Of a DNA stretch of 64,000 nt, positions 38,517-50,696 are shown in pieces. A program made the translations under genes and the position numbers. Source of the DNA: Azolla caroliniana (lineage: Eukaryota; Plantae; Polypodiophyta). The notes under the pieces were generated by a model. It worked only from the letters and a program-made list of their open reading frames with translations, had not been told where the DNA came from and ran no database searches. The stretch is taken from positions 7,812,001 to 7,876,000 of the forward strand of contig JBHGNT010000015.1 of NCBI GenBank assembly GCA_043228905.1. Reading direction: 5' to 3'. Within the stretch, counting starts at the first letter, position 1, and each line of letters starts with the position of its first letter.

Positions 38517-41500
38517 TGTTGAGAGACAAGCTCAACATCGGCCGGATCGGCTGAAGAAGCCAAGGACAGGATCGGTTGGGACCGATCGGTTAGACCGGGT
38601 GCGTAAACCGGCAGGTCGTTAGGAAAGATATTCCGTGAGGAATATATTTGGGAGTTAGTGTAGGAGCTCTTGATGAGCATTGAAGTACTGTCAGTACTTC
38701 GGTCAGTCCTTCTAGGACTTGTATAAAAGTGTTCACTGAGCACAACTTATGTACAGACAGAGTATTATTGTTGAATATAGTTCTTGTGTTCTCTCTCACT
38801 CTCTCTGTCTCTCCCGCGTATACTGCATAAGCTCAAGCTCTCCATTAAACTTGAGTGTTCTTCCTTCTGTTCGGTCTTCATACCTGCTTCCGCACACTAC
38901 TTTCTACATGGTATCAGAGCGCGAGGGTTGAGAACCTCTTTGCAACCGACACAGCTTCACGAAGAAGAACAAGAAGAACGATGGATAGAGGCATGGCGAG
39001 CTCGCTTCCAACAAAGAAGCTCGACAGAACCAACTACGCGTCTTGGTCCTACAAGATGCACCAGTACCTGCTCGGGCACGACTACTGGAGTTATGTCGAA
39101 GGAGCTAATGACGTGGCACCCGAATCGACACATAGAGACTTCCCGTCGTGGGAGCAATCGGCGAGCAGGGTATTGTACTGCTTCGCGTCGTGTGTGGGCG
39201 AACAGCTATTGAGCTATGTTCGGGATGCAAAGACGCCAAAGGGTGCATGGGAAAATCTGAAGAAGATTTTCGCCGCGAGCACCACAGCAAGGAAGCTTCA
39301 GCTCCGACAAGAGTTGAGCAACCTACGACAACGCGACTGGTCGGTGGCGGACTACAGCTCGAAAATCAAGGATATCTGCGACTCCCTTGCCTCCATAGAG
39401 GTGAACATCGAGGAGAGTGAGATGGTCCAGATCTGTCTCGGAGGTTTGGCGTCGAAGTTCGGAGCATTCCGAACGGCTGTGTGTACCCGGGAGAATACGT
39501 CGTCCTTTTTCGACTTACAGTCAATGCTCTTGGTAGAGGAGAACCATGCAGGTGCGTCTACAAGCACGCACGCCGACAACAGAATGTTGTACACGGAGGG
39601 AGATAGGCCCCGTGGACGTGGAGGACGAGGCGAGTCGGGGCGCAATGGAGGCGGCAGACGAGATCAAGGAAGAAGGCACCGAAGTGATGCCGACAGCAAC
39701 TCCGGACCCTCCGGAAACAGGGGGAATCGAAGCGATGAGAACCGGCAAGGGAAGGCCATCGCGGAGTGCTGGTATTGTGGCAAGAAAGGACACATGTAAA
39801 GTGAGCGCTGGAAGAAGCGCGCCGATTCGGAGAGAACCGGTTCCGGAAACGGCTCCGGACATACCGTCAAGGGAAATCGGCAGCGATTGCACTACGCCGA
39901 AAACTCTGGGAAAGCCGGAGAAGGGTCTGTCTTCGTGATGAGACACAAATTAAACTCAATGAAGCAGAGCACCCCGAGATCGGACGAGGTGTGGTACATA
40001 GACTCCGGCGCGTCAAACCACATGACGAGCCATAAGGAGTGGTTCTTGTACCATGAAAAACCGATACAACCTGGAGTAGTCGCAACTGGAGATGACACTA
40101 CGCATCCGATCGCGAATGTCGGAGAAGTTCCCCTTAGCCATGTCGGGCAGAAAGGGAAACTCATGAACGTGCTGCACGTCCTGACAATCACGAAAAACTT
40201 GGTCTCGGTCGGACAGATCGTCGACCAAGGGATGGAGGTTCGGTTTACACACCTCAGGTGCTTCATTGAGGAAGAAGGCCGTGTGATTGCGCAAGGGCGC
40301 AAAGACGGGAGGATGTTCATCCTCGATTCCACTGACGGCAGCACCACAATGTTCGCAAAGGGAAGAAAAACCGAGTCGGACATCGACTTGTGGCATAAGC
40401 AGATAGGCCACGTCAACTACCGGCGGCTTCAAGATCTGCAAACGAAACAGGTAGTATTCGGATTGCCCAAATTTAGTGGCCGAAAGGCACAAATTTGTGA
40501 AGCCTGCTAGCTCGGGAAGCAACACCGACTTCCTTTCCCAAACGAGCGAAACCGGAGCCGGAATAAGCTCGACCTTATACACTCCGATGTATGGGGGCCG
40601 GCACAAAACGTTAGTCTTGGCGGGAGCCGATATTTCGTCTCCTTCATCGACGACCACACGCCGCATACGTGGATCTACCTCATTGAGAGGAAGAGCGAAG
40701 TCTTCAACTGTTTCCGGGACCTCAAAGGGTTCGTGGAAAAGGAAATGGGACAAAAGATCAAGTGCCTGCGGTCGGATGGCGGGAAAGAGTACTTTTCTGG
40801 TCAATTCAACGGTTATCTACAACAAATGGGAATTCGGCGCGAATTCAGTTGTAGATACACGCCGGAGCAGAACAACGTGGCCGAGAGAAAGAATCGGTCG
40901 ATTGTGGAAGCGGCACGGGCAATGCTGGAGGAGAAGAGCTTGCCCAAGTTCTACTGGGCCAAGGCGGTAAGGACTGCGGTATACATCCAGAACAGGATCG
41001 GAGACAAAGTGTCGGCGCACCAACTATATTTCGGAACGAAGCCGAACTTGCGACACTTGAGGGTGTTCGGTAGCATTGCGTATGTGCATATACCGAAGGA
41101 GAAAAGGAGGAAGCTAGACGCAAAGGCCGAGAAATGCATCTTGGTCGGTTACTCGGACGAGCAGAAAGGTTATAAGTCCTATAATCTTCTCACCAAACAA
41201 GCGCGTGTCAGCCGCGACGTTGTGTTTGACAAGTCCGCGTCCTGGTACCAGCCCCCGACTTCGAACCCCGACTCCAATCCGAGCTCTGACGATGATGTCA
41301 GAGAGGCTGAGATGCCTCCGGATGAGCCCGAAATCGAGACCCGCGACGAGAGTCCGATTTCACTCCGGTTAAGTGGACCGATTGGACGACTGAGTCGGTA
41401 CGACCAGTCCGATGAAGAGCCGGCGAGTAGTGGAGACTCGGCCGTTTATTCCCCACGCATGAAGCCGAGGAGACGGCTTACGTGGAAAGAGAAAGGGAAG

Positions 41501-44484
41501 AAGAAGGTGTCGGATTCCGGCACGGATAGGAACGAGTCAGACCGACGCGAGTCCGACTCCGAGGGAATCGGTGATGGGTCTTTAAAGCTGAAGACCGCGT
41601 CGACCGAGAAGGCCTCGACATCGGCTAATGTGAGATTACGCCGATCTACCCGCCAGAAGAATCTTGTTTTGCGGTTCGGATACAATGAGTACATGGCGCA
41701 TCATTATGCGTACATGACCAGTGTAGCGGAAGTGCGTGAGCTGGAGAGCTACGCAGAAGCGGCTAAAAATTCGAATTGGCGTGCCGCGATGGAGGAAGAG
41801 ATGCACGCATTGGCGGAGAACGAGACCTGGGACCTGGTTGACGCACCGAAGGGTGTGAAGCCGATCGCGTGTAGATGGGTGTACAAAGTCAAGTACAACA
41901 CCGATGGCTCGGTCAACCGGTACAAGGCTCGGCTAGTGGCAAAGGGCTACGCGCAGAAACACGGCATCGACTACGATGAGACGTTTGCGCCGGTCGCGAA
42001 AATGACGACCGTCCGTGTTTTGCTCGCAGTAGCCGCGGCCAAGGGGTAGCACCTACATCAGATGGATGTAAAGAATGCGTTCCTGCAAAGTGACCTTGAG
42101 GAACAGGTGTACATTGGCGGAGAACGAGACCTGGGACCTGGTTGACACACCAACAGGGATAAAACCGATCAGGTGTAGGTGGGTGTACAAGGTCAAGTAC
42201 AACACCGATGGCTCCGTTAATCGGTACAAGGCTTGGCTAGTGGCAAAGGGCTACGCGCAGAAACACGACATTGACTATGATGAGACGTTTGCGCCGGTCG
42301 CGAAAATGACAACCGTCCGTGTTTTGCTCGCAGTAGCTGCGGCGAAGGGGTGGCACTTACATCAGATGGATGTAAAGAATGCGTTCCTGCAAGGTGACCT
42401 TGAGGAACAAGTGTACATGGTACAGCCCCCCGGATTTCACTCCGGAACGAACTCCTCGACAGTATGCCGATTGAAGAAATCCCTTTACGGACTGAAGCAA
42501 GCCCCGCGTGCCTGGAACGCGAAGATCACGCAACAACTGCGTCGAATGGGCTTCATCACGACAAAATCGGACTCTTCCCTGTTCATCCGGAAAGGTCGAC
42601 TCGGACCGGTTAGTATTTTACTATATGTTGATGACTTGGTCATCACCGGCGTCGACCTAGGTGAAATCGACCGCGTGAAGCTCCAGCTTGCGGCATCGTT
42701 CGACATGAAGGATCTGGGGGACCTTCATTACTTCCTCGGGATCGAAGTGATCCGTACCCTCGAAGGCATATTGATCAGCCAACGTCATTACATGCTGGGT
42801 ATGCTCTTCAAACTCGGGATGGCCGACTGTAAGTCCATTTCGACTCCTCTGGACAGAACCGTCAAGCTTCTTCCCGATACGGGAAAGGTATGCAACCCGA
42901 CGAGGTTCCGACAAATTGTCGGAAGCCTCATATACTTGACCATCACCCGACCCGACCTCAGTTATCCGGTCGGGGTGATCAGTCAGTTCATGGCGCGACC
43001 TACCGAGGTGCACCTTTAGTGTGCATAACGCATACTTCAGTATGTCAACGGCACTAAGTACCGGGGACTGCTATATCGAACCGGTGCAGCCACGCAGTTA
43101 GTCGGCTACACCGATACTGATTGGGCTGGCAACACCGCGGATCGCTGATCCACGTCTGGATACGCGTTCTCCCTCGGGAGTGCCGCGATCGCGTGGAGGA
43201 GTAAGAAGCAGCCGACAGTTGCACTGTCGAGCACCGAAACTGAGTACCGAGGAGCGGCTGTCGCGACATGCGAAGCCATATGGTTGAAGCGGCTACTTAA
43301 GGACCTGCAAGAGGAGGTGTCAGATCCGACGACGATCTACTGCGACAACCTCAACAACATCCAGCTCGCGAAAAACCCCGTTTTTCACGCACGGACCAAG
43401 CACATTAAGGTGCACTACCATTTCGTCCATGAGCGTGTCCTTTCCGGGGAAGTCGAACTTCAGTACGTGCCAACGAATCGGCAGATTGCCGACATCTTCA
43501 CCAAGCCTCTTGGTTTGGAGAAGTTGCGGCAATTCTCAGGTGCGCTCGTATTGCGTCACCTCGACGTGCCAAACTTGAGGGGGAGAACAGTCCCGAACGA
43601 CCAAGCAAGGCAGCAGGAAAGGAGCGGAGACCGCGACACCACCGAGTCGGTTGACTCGTTTGTCGAGTTCGACTACTTCGGATCGGCTGAAGAAGCCGAG
43701 GGCGGACTCGCGGAAAAGTTCGGAAGAGGACATAAGGGGAGCAGCCGAAGGAGAGAGCCGAAGCCAACCACGCATGGGGAAGATGACGCCATCGAGGGCG
43801 AGAAGACCGAAGATGAGGTAGCCGAGTCGGACGAGAGCGAAGACCGATCGGAGGTAGCCGAGTCGGTTCGGATGGTTGATTCAGATACGCTGAATCAACC
43901 GAGGCCCAAGCGGAAGAAAAGGCAGTAGGAGAAGCGTCAACACCGCAACAACAGAAGAGCTGATAAGGGCCACATGAACCGACAAGCCGACCGGAAGGGT
44001 CGAAGCGCGCGGAGTCGAACAGGTCGAGGAGCGCGAGCGAGGCGAGAAGCCAGGAGGAACCGGTGCTGTGAAGATCCCGAAGAGCCTCAAGTTGAGCTTG
44101 AGGGGGAGTGTTGAGAGATAAGCTCAACATCGGCCAGATCGGCTGAAGAAGCCGAGGACCGGATCGGTTGGGACCAATCGGTTAGGCCAAGTGCGTAAAC
44201 CGGGAGGTCGTTAGGAAAGATATTCCGTGAGGAATATATTTGGGAGTTAGTGTAGGAGCTCTTGATGAGCATTGAAGTACTGTCAATACTTCGGTCAGTC
44301 CTTCTAGGACTTGTATAAAAGTGTTCTCTGAGCACGACTTATGTACAGACAGAGTATTATTGTTGAATATAGTTCTTGTGTTCTCTTTCACTCTCTCTGT
44401 CTCTCCCGTGTATACTACGTAAGCTCAAGCTCTCCATTAAACCTGAGTGCTCTTCATACCTGCTTCCGCACGCTACTTTCTACA
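38517..44484 (+). mobile_element. Complete Copia-A copy 4, inserted in Gypsy-P copy 2 integrase
   Basis: TSD GATCG at 38512-38516 and 44485-44489; LTRs 38517-38908 and 44109-44484; PBS TGGTATCAGAGC 38909-38920; PPT 44100-44108. Confidence 0.96.
38981..44114 (+). pseudogene. Copia gag-pol polyprotein of copy 4 with an internal 304-bp duplication
   Basis: ORFs 38855-39799, 39887-40510, 40733-42049, 42075-43019, 43284-43928. Confidence 0.93.
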
Positions 44485-44629
44485 GATCGTGAGCAGTAAA
44501 AATGGTACGTATCAACTGGTTGCCCTATCAGGTGAGATTTTGCCAAAATGGGTCAATGGTTTCCGGCTTAAGCCATATCATGGAGACATGCCGGAAAATC
44601 CATTTAAGGCTAAATCGGAAGAAAAGTAA
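44485..44629 (+). pseudogene. C-terminus of Gypsy-P copy 2 integrase
   Basis: GPVW|IVSSKNGTYQL...VNGFRLKPY restored across the insertion. Confidence 0.9.
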
Positions 44630-45043
44630 AGTGGCAACGGAAAAAGAAAAAGAAAAAAAAAGAAATCGGAAGAAAAGTAAAGTGGCAACTAACTATAGAA
44701 AATTTTCATGCCAAATCATAACTAAATGTCAAGAAGAGAATCTTGGAATGATTTAAGAAGGCTATAAGTAAGAAGTAATGGACGCAGGTTTCTATTAGTC
44801 CTTATTGCTATTTCTAGCTACTACTCCACTAGTACACCTAGTCATTACCTACATTAATAGTACTTTTATGCCCTAGGCATGATGCAAAAAATTAATTCCT
44901 TAAAACCTATTTCTGTAATGTATGTTTCACCACAGAAGTAGAAACGCATTCGAGCTCACAGGTTTTTTTATCTTCTTCGCCATACCCCACAACGTTTTCC
45001 ACCACCACCACAAAGTGACGATCTATCAAGCGACGATGACAAT

Positions 45044-45169
45044 ATGCCGATTACCGTATCTAATAACTTCCGCCGCTGGCTCGTTCGCAATAAATTACAA
45101 GGATTCTTGAAAGTCGCAGAAGCAGAGCTGCACCTGCACGCTGCAGCTTTGATGGCAGAAATCGATGTC
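45044..45169 (+). pseudogene. First ~42 codons of the extra ORF of Gypsy-P copy 2
   Basis: MPITVSNNFRRWLVRNKLQGFLKVAEA aligns to MPIFISTALRRWLVEKRLDGYIRVAEA at 19160. Confidence 0.8.
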
Positions 45170-45179
45170 TCAGCTTAGC

Positions 45180-45563
45180 CGTCAAGTAGAATCAGCTTAG
45201 CCGGATAGCAACATAAAATGAGATGATGGTTTAATGGTTTAACACAGAGTATATACGGGAGAGACAGAGAGAGCAGAACATAGAACTATATTCAAAAATT
45301 AACTCTAAAACTCTGTACATACAACGTGCTCAACAACACTATTTATACAAGTCCTAAGAGGACTGACAGAAGTACTCTGTACTTCAATGCTCACGCGAGC
45401 GTCTCACACTAACAATGAGACATTAACTACCTCGTAGTCTAGGCTGCTACTAGGTTTTTGGTTACTGCTTGATCCGACTAACAGGCTCCCCACCTCACTG
45501 GCTCATTGATCCGGCTCAGGCTTATTCAGTCGATCCGGATCCAGTTGAGCTTGCCGCTCAACA
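45180..45563 (-). repeat. 5' LTR of Copia-A copy 2, inner ~22 bp and PBS deleted
   Basis: Homologous to 6788-7187; ends CTCAACA then TSD AAAAT. Confidence 0.88.
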
Positions 45564-45895
45564 AAAATCATTGCAACGTTTTTTGGGCATGATCACCTTT
45601 TCCCTTTGCTTCATCCCGAACCTCGCCTTGGTCACTTTTCCCCTTCGCCAACTCTCGAAGAAAGGTGTGTCATTCATTTGGGATCCTGCTTATGAAGATA
45701 GCTTTTGTCGCCTCAAAACCATGTTCCAGGAATCGGGGTTGCTCGCCCATCCTTACTTTGACCAACTGTTCACATTGTAGACAGACGCACCAAACCATGG
45801 GTTAGGAGCCGTCCTCTTGCAAGCCGATTGCAACGGGCAAAAAAAGGCGGTCGCCTTCATTAGCCGCACTCTCATGCCGGCTGAACACAACTACT
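45564..45895 (+). pseudogene. Gypsy-X RT connection / RNase H N-part
   Basis: LQRFLG, TDA..GLGAVLLQ, VAFISRTL. Confidence 0.88.
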
Positions 45896-46369
45896 TGTCG
45901 GGAACTCAACGCTCCTTCAGCGCAACGCTCCTTATGCACAACGCTCGGCCACAACCGAGCTTAGAATGATATACAGAAAAACGGGAAATAAAACAAGACA
46001 CGAAGAAGAGGAAAAAAAAAACACAAGAGGTTTACGTGGAAAACCCCAAACTAGGGGAAAAACCACGGCAGCCCACAGACTGCAAACTGTCACTATGTAA
46101 GAATGTACAACAGTGAGTTCACTGAGGCAACAACCTCGTGCTCACAGATCTTCGCCACAGGCGGCGGTTACAACAGAGGCAACGACCTCTTTCTCTCTCT
46201 CTCTCTCTTTGTACACAGTTACGCTCTCTCTCTATTCTTTTTCAAACAAGAATGACAACAACAACTACTAGTTTGCCCTAAGTCATATTTGTACTAATAT
46301 GACTTTTCGGCTATTTACAAATATAGCCTCGATGGACTATCAGAAAACATATTTACGAATATGTCTCTT

Positions 46370-46662
46370 CATCCGGTTCTGCATAGCCGGGTACTCCTCA
46401 TCCGGTCTTCACCGGGTCTGTATCATCCGGCTCTCCGTAGCCGGGTACTCCTCATCCGGTTCATACCGAGTCTGCACCATCCGGCCCTCCGTAGCCGGGT
46501 ACTCCTCATCCGGTCTCCACCGGGTCTGCATCATCCACCTCTCCGTAGCCGGGTACTCCTCATCCGGTTCATACCGGGTCTGTACCATCCGGCTCTCCGT
46601 AGCCGGGTACTCCTCATCCGGTCGTCACTGGGTCTGCATCATCCGGCTCTCCGTAGCCGGGT
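46370..46662. repeat. 54-bp CCGG-rich tandem array in the 3' LTR (~5.4 units)
   Basis: Unit CATCCGGCTCTCCGTAGCCGGGTACTCCTCATCCGGTTCATACCGGGTCTGTAC. Confidence 0.92.
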
Positions 46663-46732
46663 CCACCTCATACGGGGCACTGTTCTTCTCCCTTCCCATC
46701 CGGAGGGACCTGTCTCCCAACAAACTCCCCCT

Positions 46733-49700
46733 TCACTCCGGCATGGGGTGTCTTACCAGTCCGATTCTCTTCCGACATGCATCCAGCTTGTCGGGTATCA
46801 GCACTTTGGTTAGCATATTTGACCCGTTCTCGGCCGTGTGGATCTTCATCAGCGCGAACTCCTGGTCATCTACTCTTTCGCGGATCCAGTGGTACCTCCG
46901 CTGGATATGCTTCGTCTGAGAATGGTAGGTTGCATTCTTAGCAAGGTGGATGGCACTTTGACTGTCGCAATAGAGTCGGTATTCATCTTGTCGGATACTG
47001 AGCTCTCCGATGAAGTCCTTCATCCATAATATTTCCTTGCCGGCTTCCACAGTTGCCATGTACTCCGCCTCCGTGGTTGACAATGCAACCGTCTTGTGCA
47101 ACCTCGACTGCCACGAAACAGCTCCCCTTGCATATGTCATCACATACCCGGATTTAGACCGGTTGGTATCCACATCAGCCGACATGTCCGAATCCGTGAA
47201 ACCGTCTAGTTGAGGTTTTCCGGAGCCGAATCGGAGACACATATTTGAAGTGCCCTTCAAATACCGGAGTATCCATTTGACCGCGTTCCAGTGCTCCTTG
47301 CCGGGATTACTCATGAACCGGCTCACCACTCCGACTGCGTATCCTATATCCGGTCGAGTACAAACCATTGCGTACATCAAGCTCCCGACGGCAGAGGCAT
47401 ATGGAATCTTCATCATATCCGCCTTCTCTGCTTTTGTCTTTGGGCTTTGCTTGCCGGATAGCCTGCAGTTTGCCGGAAGTGTCGATCCGACCGGTTTCGC
47501 TTCTGACATGTTGAACCGGTGAAGCACCTTTGTCACATACTTCTCCTGTGACAGCCATAATTGCTTCGCTGACCGGTTCCGGATGATGTGCATCCCCAAC
47601 ATCTGTCTTGTCGGACCCAAGTCTTTCATTGAGAAGGTCCGGTTGAGAGCCTTCTTCAGCATCCGTATTTTGACTTGGTCACGTCCGACGATCAACATGT
47701 CATCCACGTACAGAAGGAGTATCAGGAAGTCGCCTCCTTCGAACTTCTTCACAAACACGCAATGATCGGCCTGCGTCTTGTGGTACCCTTGATCGGTCAT
47801 GAAGGAGTCGAACTTCCGGTACCATTGTCGGGGAGCCTGCTTTAGTCCGGTTGCTGCATGTAGATCTCCTCTTCGAGGTCGCCGTGAAGGAAAGCCGTCT
47901 TCACGTCCAGCTGCTCTACCTCGAGGTCCATGCTATACTCAGCACCGTCCGGATGGAGGTCATCTTTATTACCGGGGCAAATATCTCGTCGAAGTCCACG
48001 CCCTTCTTCTTCTGGAACCCCTTCACCACGATCTTGGCTTTGTATCTCGGGGGGTTGCCGGCATCTCCCGGTTTCAACTTGTACACCCTCTTGTTTTGGA
48101 GTGCCCGCTTTCCTTTCGGCAACTCCACCAATTCGTACGTGTGGTTCTCATGCAAGGAATCGATCTCTTCCTGCATGGCACTTAACCATTTTCGGCTGTG
48201 GGTGTCTTCCTTCACTTCTTCGAAGCTTTCTGGCTCCCCCCCATCGGTCAGCAGAACATGCTCTGCATCCGGAAATCTCCGGGGGGCCCTTCTCTCTCTG
48301 AGAGGATATCTACGTCTTCGGGCTTCGGTAACTGGCTCCTCCATCTGCTCTTCATCCGAATCCGATTCGGGGTCTTGGCCGGTTCCGGTCTCAGCTTCCT
48401 CTACCTCTTCTTCTGCCGGTTCGGTATCCTCAACGTAACCGGCTGGTTCCTCGAGTGCTGACCGGTCTCTTGCCGGTTGGGTCTGGTCATCGTAGAGTCC
48501 ATCCTTATCAGTCGACTCGGAGTTCATTATCTTCTTCTCCGACTCCCAGTCGGCGAGCGTCTTGTCCTCCATGAAGATAATATCTCGACTCCGGAATACC
48601 TTCTTGTCGACCGGGTCCCACACTCGGTAGCCGTAACCGAGGAATATGCATGGCCGGGTCTTTGGGTCTAACTTTCCTTTCCGGTCCTTAGCTACATGCA
48701 CGTACGCGAGACACCCGAACACCTTCAGATGCCGGTAGGATACTTCCTTACCGGTCCACACTCTCTGAGGCGTGTCTCCGTCCAAGGGTACTGAGGGTGA
48801 TTTGTTTATCACATATGTCGCCGTCGACAATGCCTCAGCCCAAAACTTCTTGGGTACTTTGGCATGCGCTAGCATACTCCGGATCCTCTCCATTATGGTC
48901 TGGTTCATCCTCTCGGCCAGCCCGTTTAGTTCCGGCGTCTTCGGCACGGTAAATTCGAGCCGGATTCCCTTCGAGCGATAGTACTCCTCGAACTGCCCCC
49001 GGTATTCACCTCCGTTATCTACTTGAACCGCCTTCAGCTTCCGGCCGGTTTCTCTTACCACTCTCGCGTGGAGCTCTTTGAAGACGGATAGCACCTGATC
49101 CTTCGTCTTCAACGGTGTGGCCCACAGCTTCCGGCTGTGATCATCTATGAACATCACGAAGTACTGCGCTCCGACATGTGACTTCGTGTCTACTTGACAC
49201 ACATCCGTATGCACCAACTCCAGTGGTGCATTACGTCTCATCGGTGGCCTTGGTCGAAAGGAGGTTCGGTTCTGCTTACCGGCCAGACAATCAGTGCACT
49301 TCTCTAAGTGCACGTTCTTCACTGGAATGAGGTTGTCATCTGCAAGCCTCTTCATCCCCTTCTCGCTCATATGACACAGCCTCTTGTGCCACAGCTCACC
49401 CGCAGTGTCGGAAACCACGTTCACTTCTTCCGGGCATAACCGGACATTCATCAGGTACACAGTGTTAACCTTCCGGGCCCGAGCCACAATCAGGCTCCCT
49501 TTGCTGAACTTCATGACAACGTTCCAGATGCTACCCGTGTAGCCCTCATCATCTAGCCGACTGGCTGATATCAGGTTCAGTCGAACCTCCGGAACGTGTC
49601 GGACATCTCTCAGCAACAACTTGCATCCAGTTGGTGTCGACAGCCATACGTCTCTTGTGCCGACAATTCGGCATGTACCTTCATTCCCCATCCGGACACA

Positions 49701-50696
49701 GCCGTGATCACCGGCTGAGTAGGATGAGAAGCATTTTCGGTCCGGGGTGAGGTGGAACGACGCTCCGGAGTCTACCACCCAGGTCATCTCGTCGCCGGCA
49801 AGGTTTATCTCACTCTCCTTGGTGATGAGCATCAACTCCTCTTCACTTGCCGCAATTGCCGTCGTTCCCTTCCGGTCCGGCCCCCTCCGGTCTTTATCGT
49901 TCCGGTCCGGGGTCCGCTTCAAATCGGTACCGTCGGTCTCCTTATGTTTTCGGAAGTGCCGACAGTTCTTTTGGAAGTGTCCCGGCTTGCCGCAATAGAA
50001 GCAAGTGGGCCTCCCCCTTGACATTGACCGTGTCCCCGACTTCTCCCGGTTCTGGGGACTCCAATTGCTATGTCTTCCGCGTTCCGATTCGGTAAGGAGC
50101 GCTTTGGAGTCGGAGCTCATATCTTTATCTTTCCGACGCGCCTCCTCATCTAGCAAGCTCGACTTTACTCTTGCTAGGGATAACCGCTTTCCTTCTGGTA
50201 CGGCGTTGCCCAAAGTGACAACCAACGTCTCCCAGCTATCCGGGAGGGAGCTGAGCAGGAGTAGCGCAAGTACCTCATCGGCGAGAGGTACTTCCAATGA
50301 AGTTGCCTGGTGGATCAGCCCCTGGAAGGCATTCATGTGCTCCGCCATGCTGGAGCCATCTTGGTACCGGAGTCTTACTAGCTTCCGGAATACCGAAACC
50401 TGGTTAACAGCATTTTTGTTTTGAAACATTATGCCGATCTTTTCCCAAAGCTCATGAGCCTTGCTCTCTTCATTGAAGTTGTTGTACAGGCTCATGTCGA
50501 TGAAGCACCGTATGTATGCCGTTGTCTTCATGTGCATCACCTCCCATATCACGGCTTCGATTTTGTCCGGTCTCTTGTACCCGAACTGAACTGGCAGCCA
50601 GAGGTCTTTAACCACGATCATGTCCCTCATCTTCGACTTCCACACTGAGTAGTTGGAGCCGGTGAGCTTGAACATGCCGCCAAACGATTCGTCCAT
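46733..50696 (-). pseudogene. Copia-T copy 3 gag-pol (926-aa and 355-aa ORFs separated by small deletions in RT)
   Basis: Gag, CCHC, DSGAS, HTDVC, LLYVDD, TDSD motifs; frameshift near 47850-47940. Confidence 0.95.

Larger units (their letters stand above)
32844..45169 (+). mobile_element. Gypsy-P copy 2 (AT-richer sister family), 3'-truncated
   Basis: 5' LTR ~32844-33310, PBS, gag-pol homologous to 13989-18864, start of the extra ORF at 45044. Confidence 0.88.
6766..45563 (-). mobile_element. Copia-A-related copy 2 (diverged subfamily), expanded to 38.8 kb by nested insertions
   Basis: TSD AAAAT at 6761-6765 and 45564-45568; homologous LTRs 6766-7187 and 45180-45563. Confidence 0.9.

Noticed and set aside
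46370-46662. CRISPR-like regular array
   Set aside because: Units are contiguous with no unique spacers, there are no cas genes, and the array is duplicated in both LTRs of a Copia element.
46299-46919. 206-aa and 150-aa ORFs with 18-aa repeats
   Set aside because: Translations of the 54-bp LTR array.
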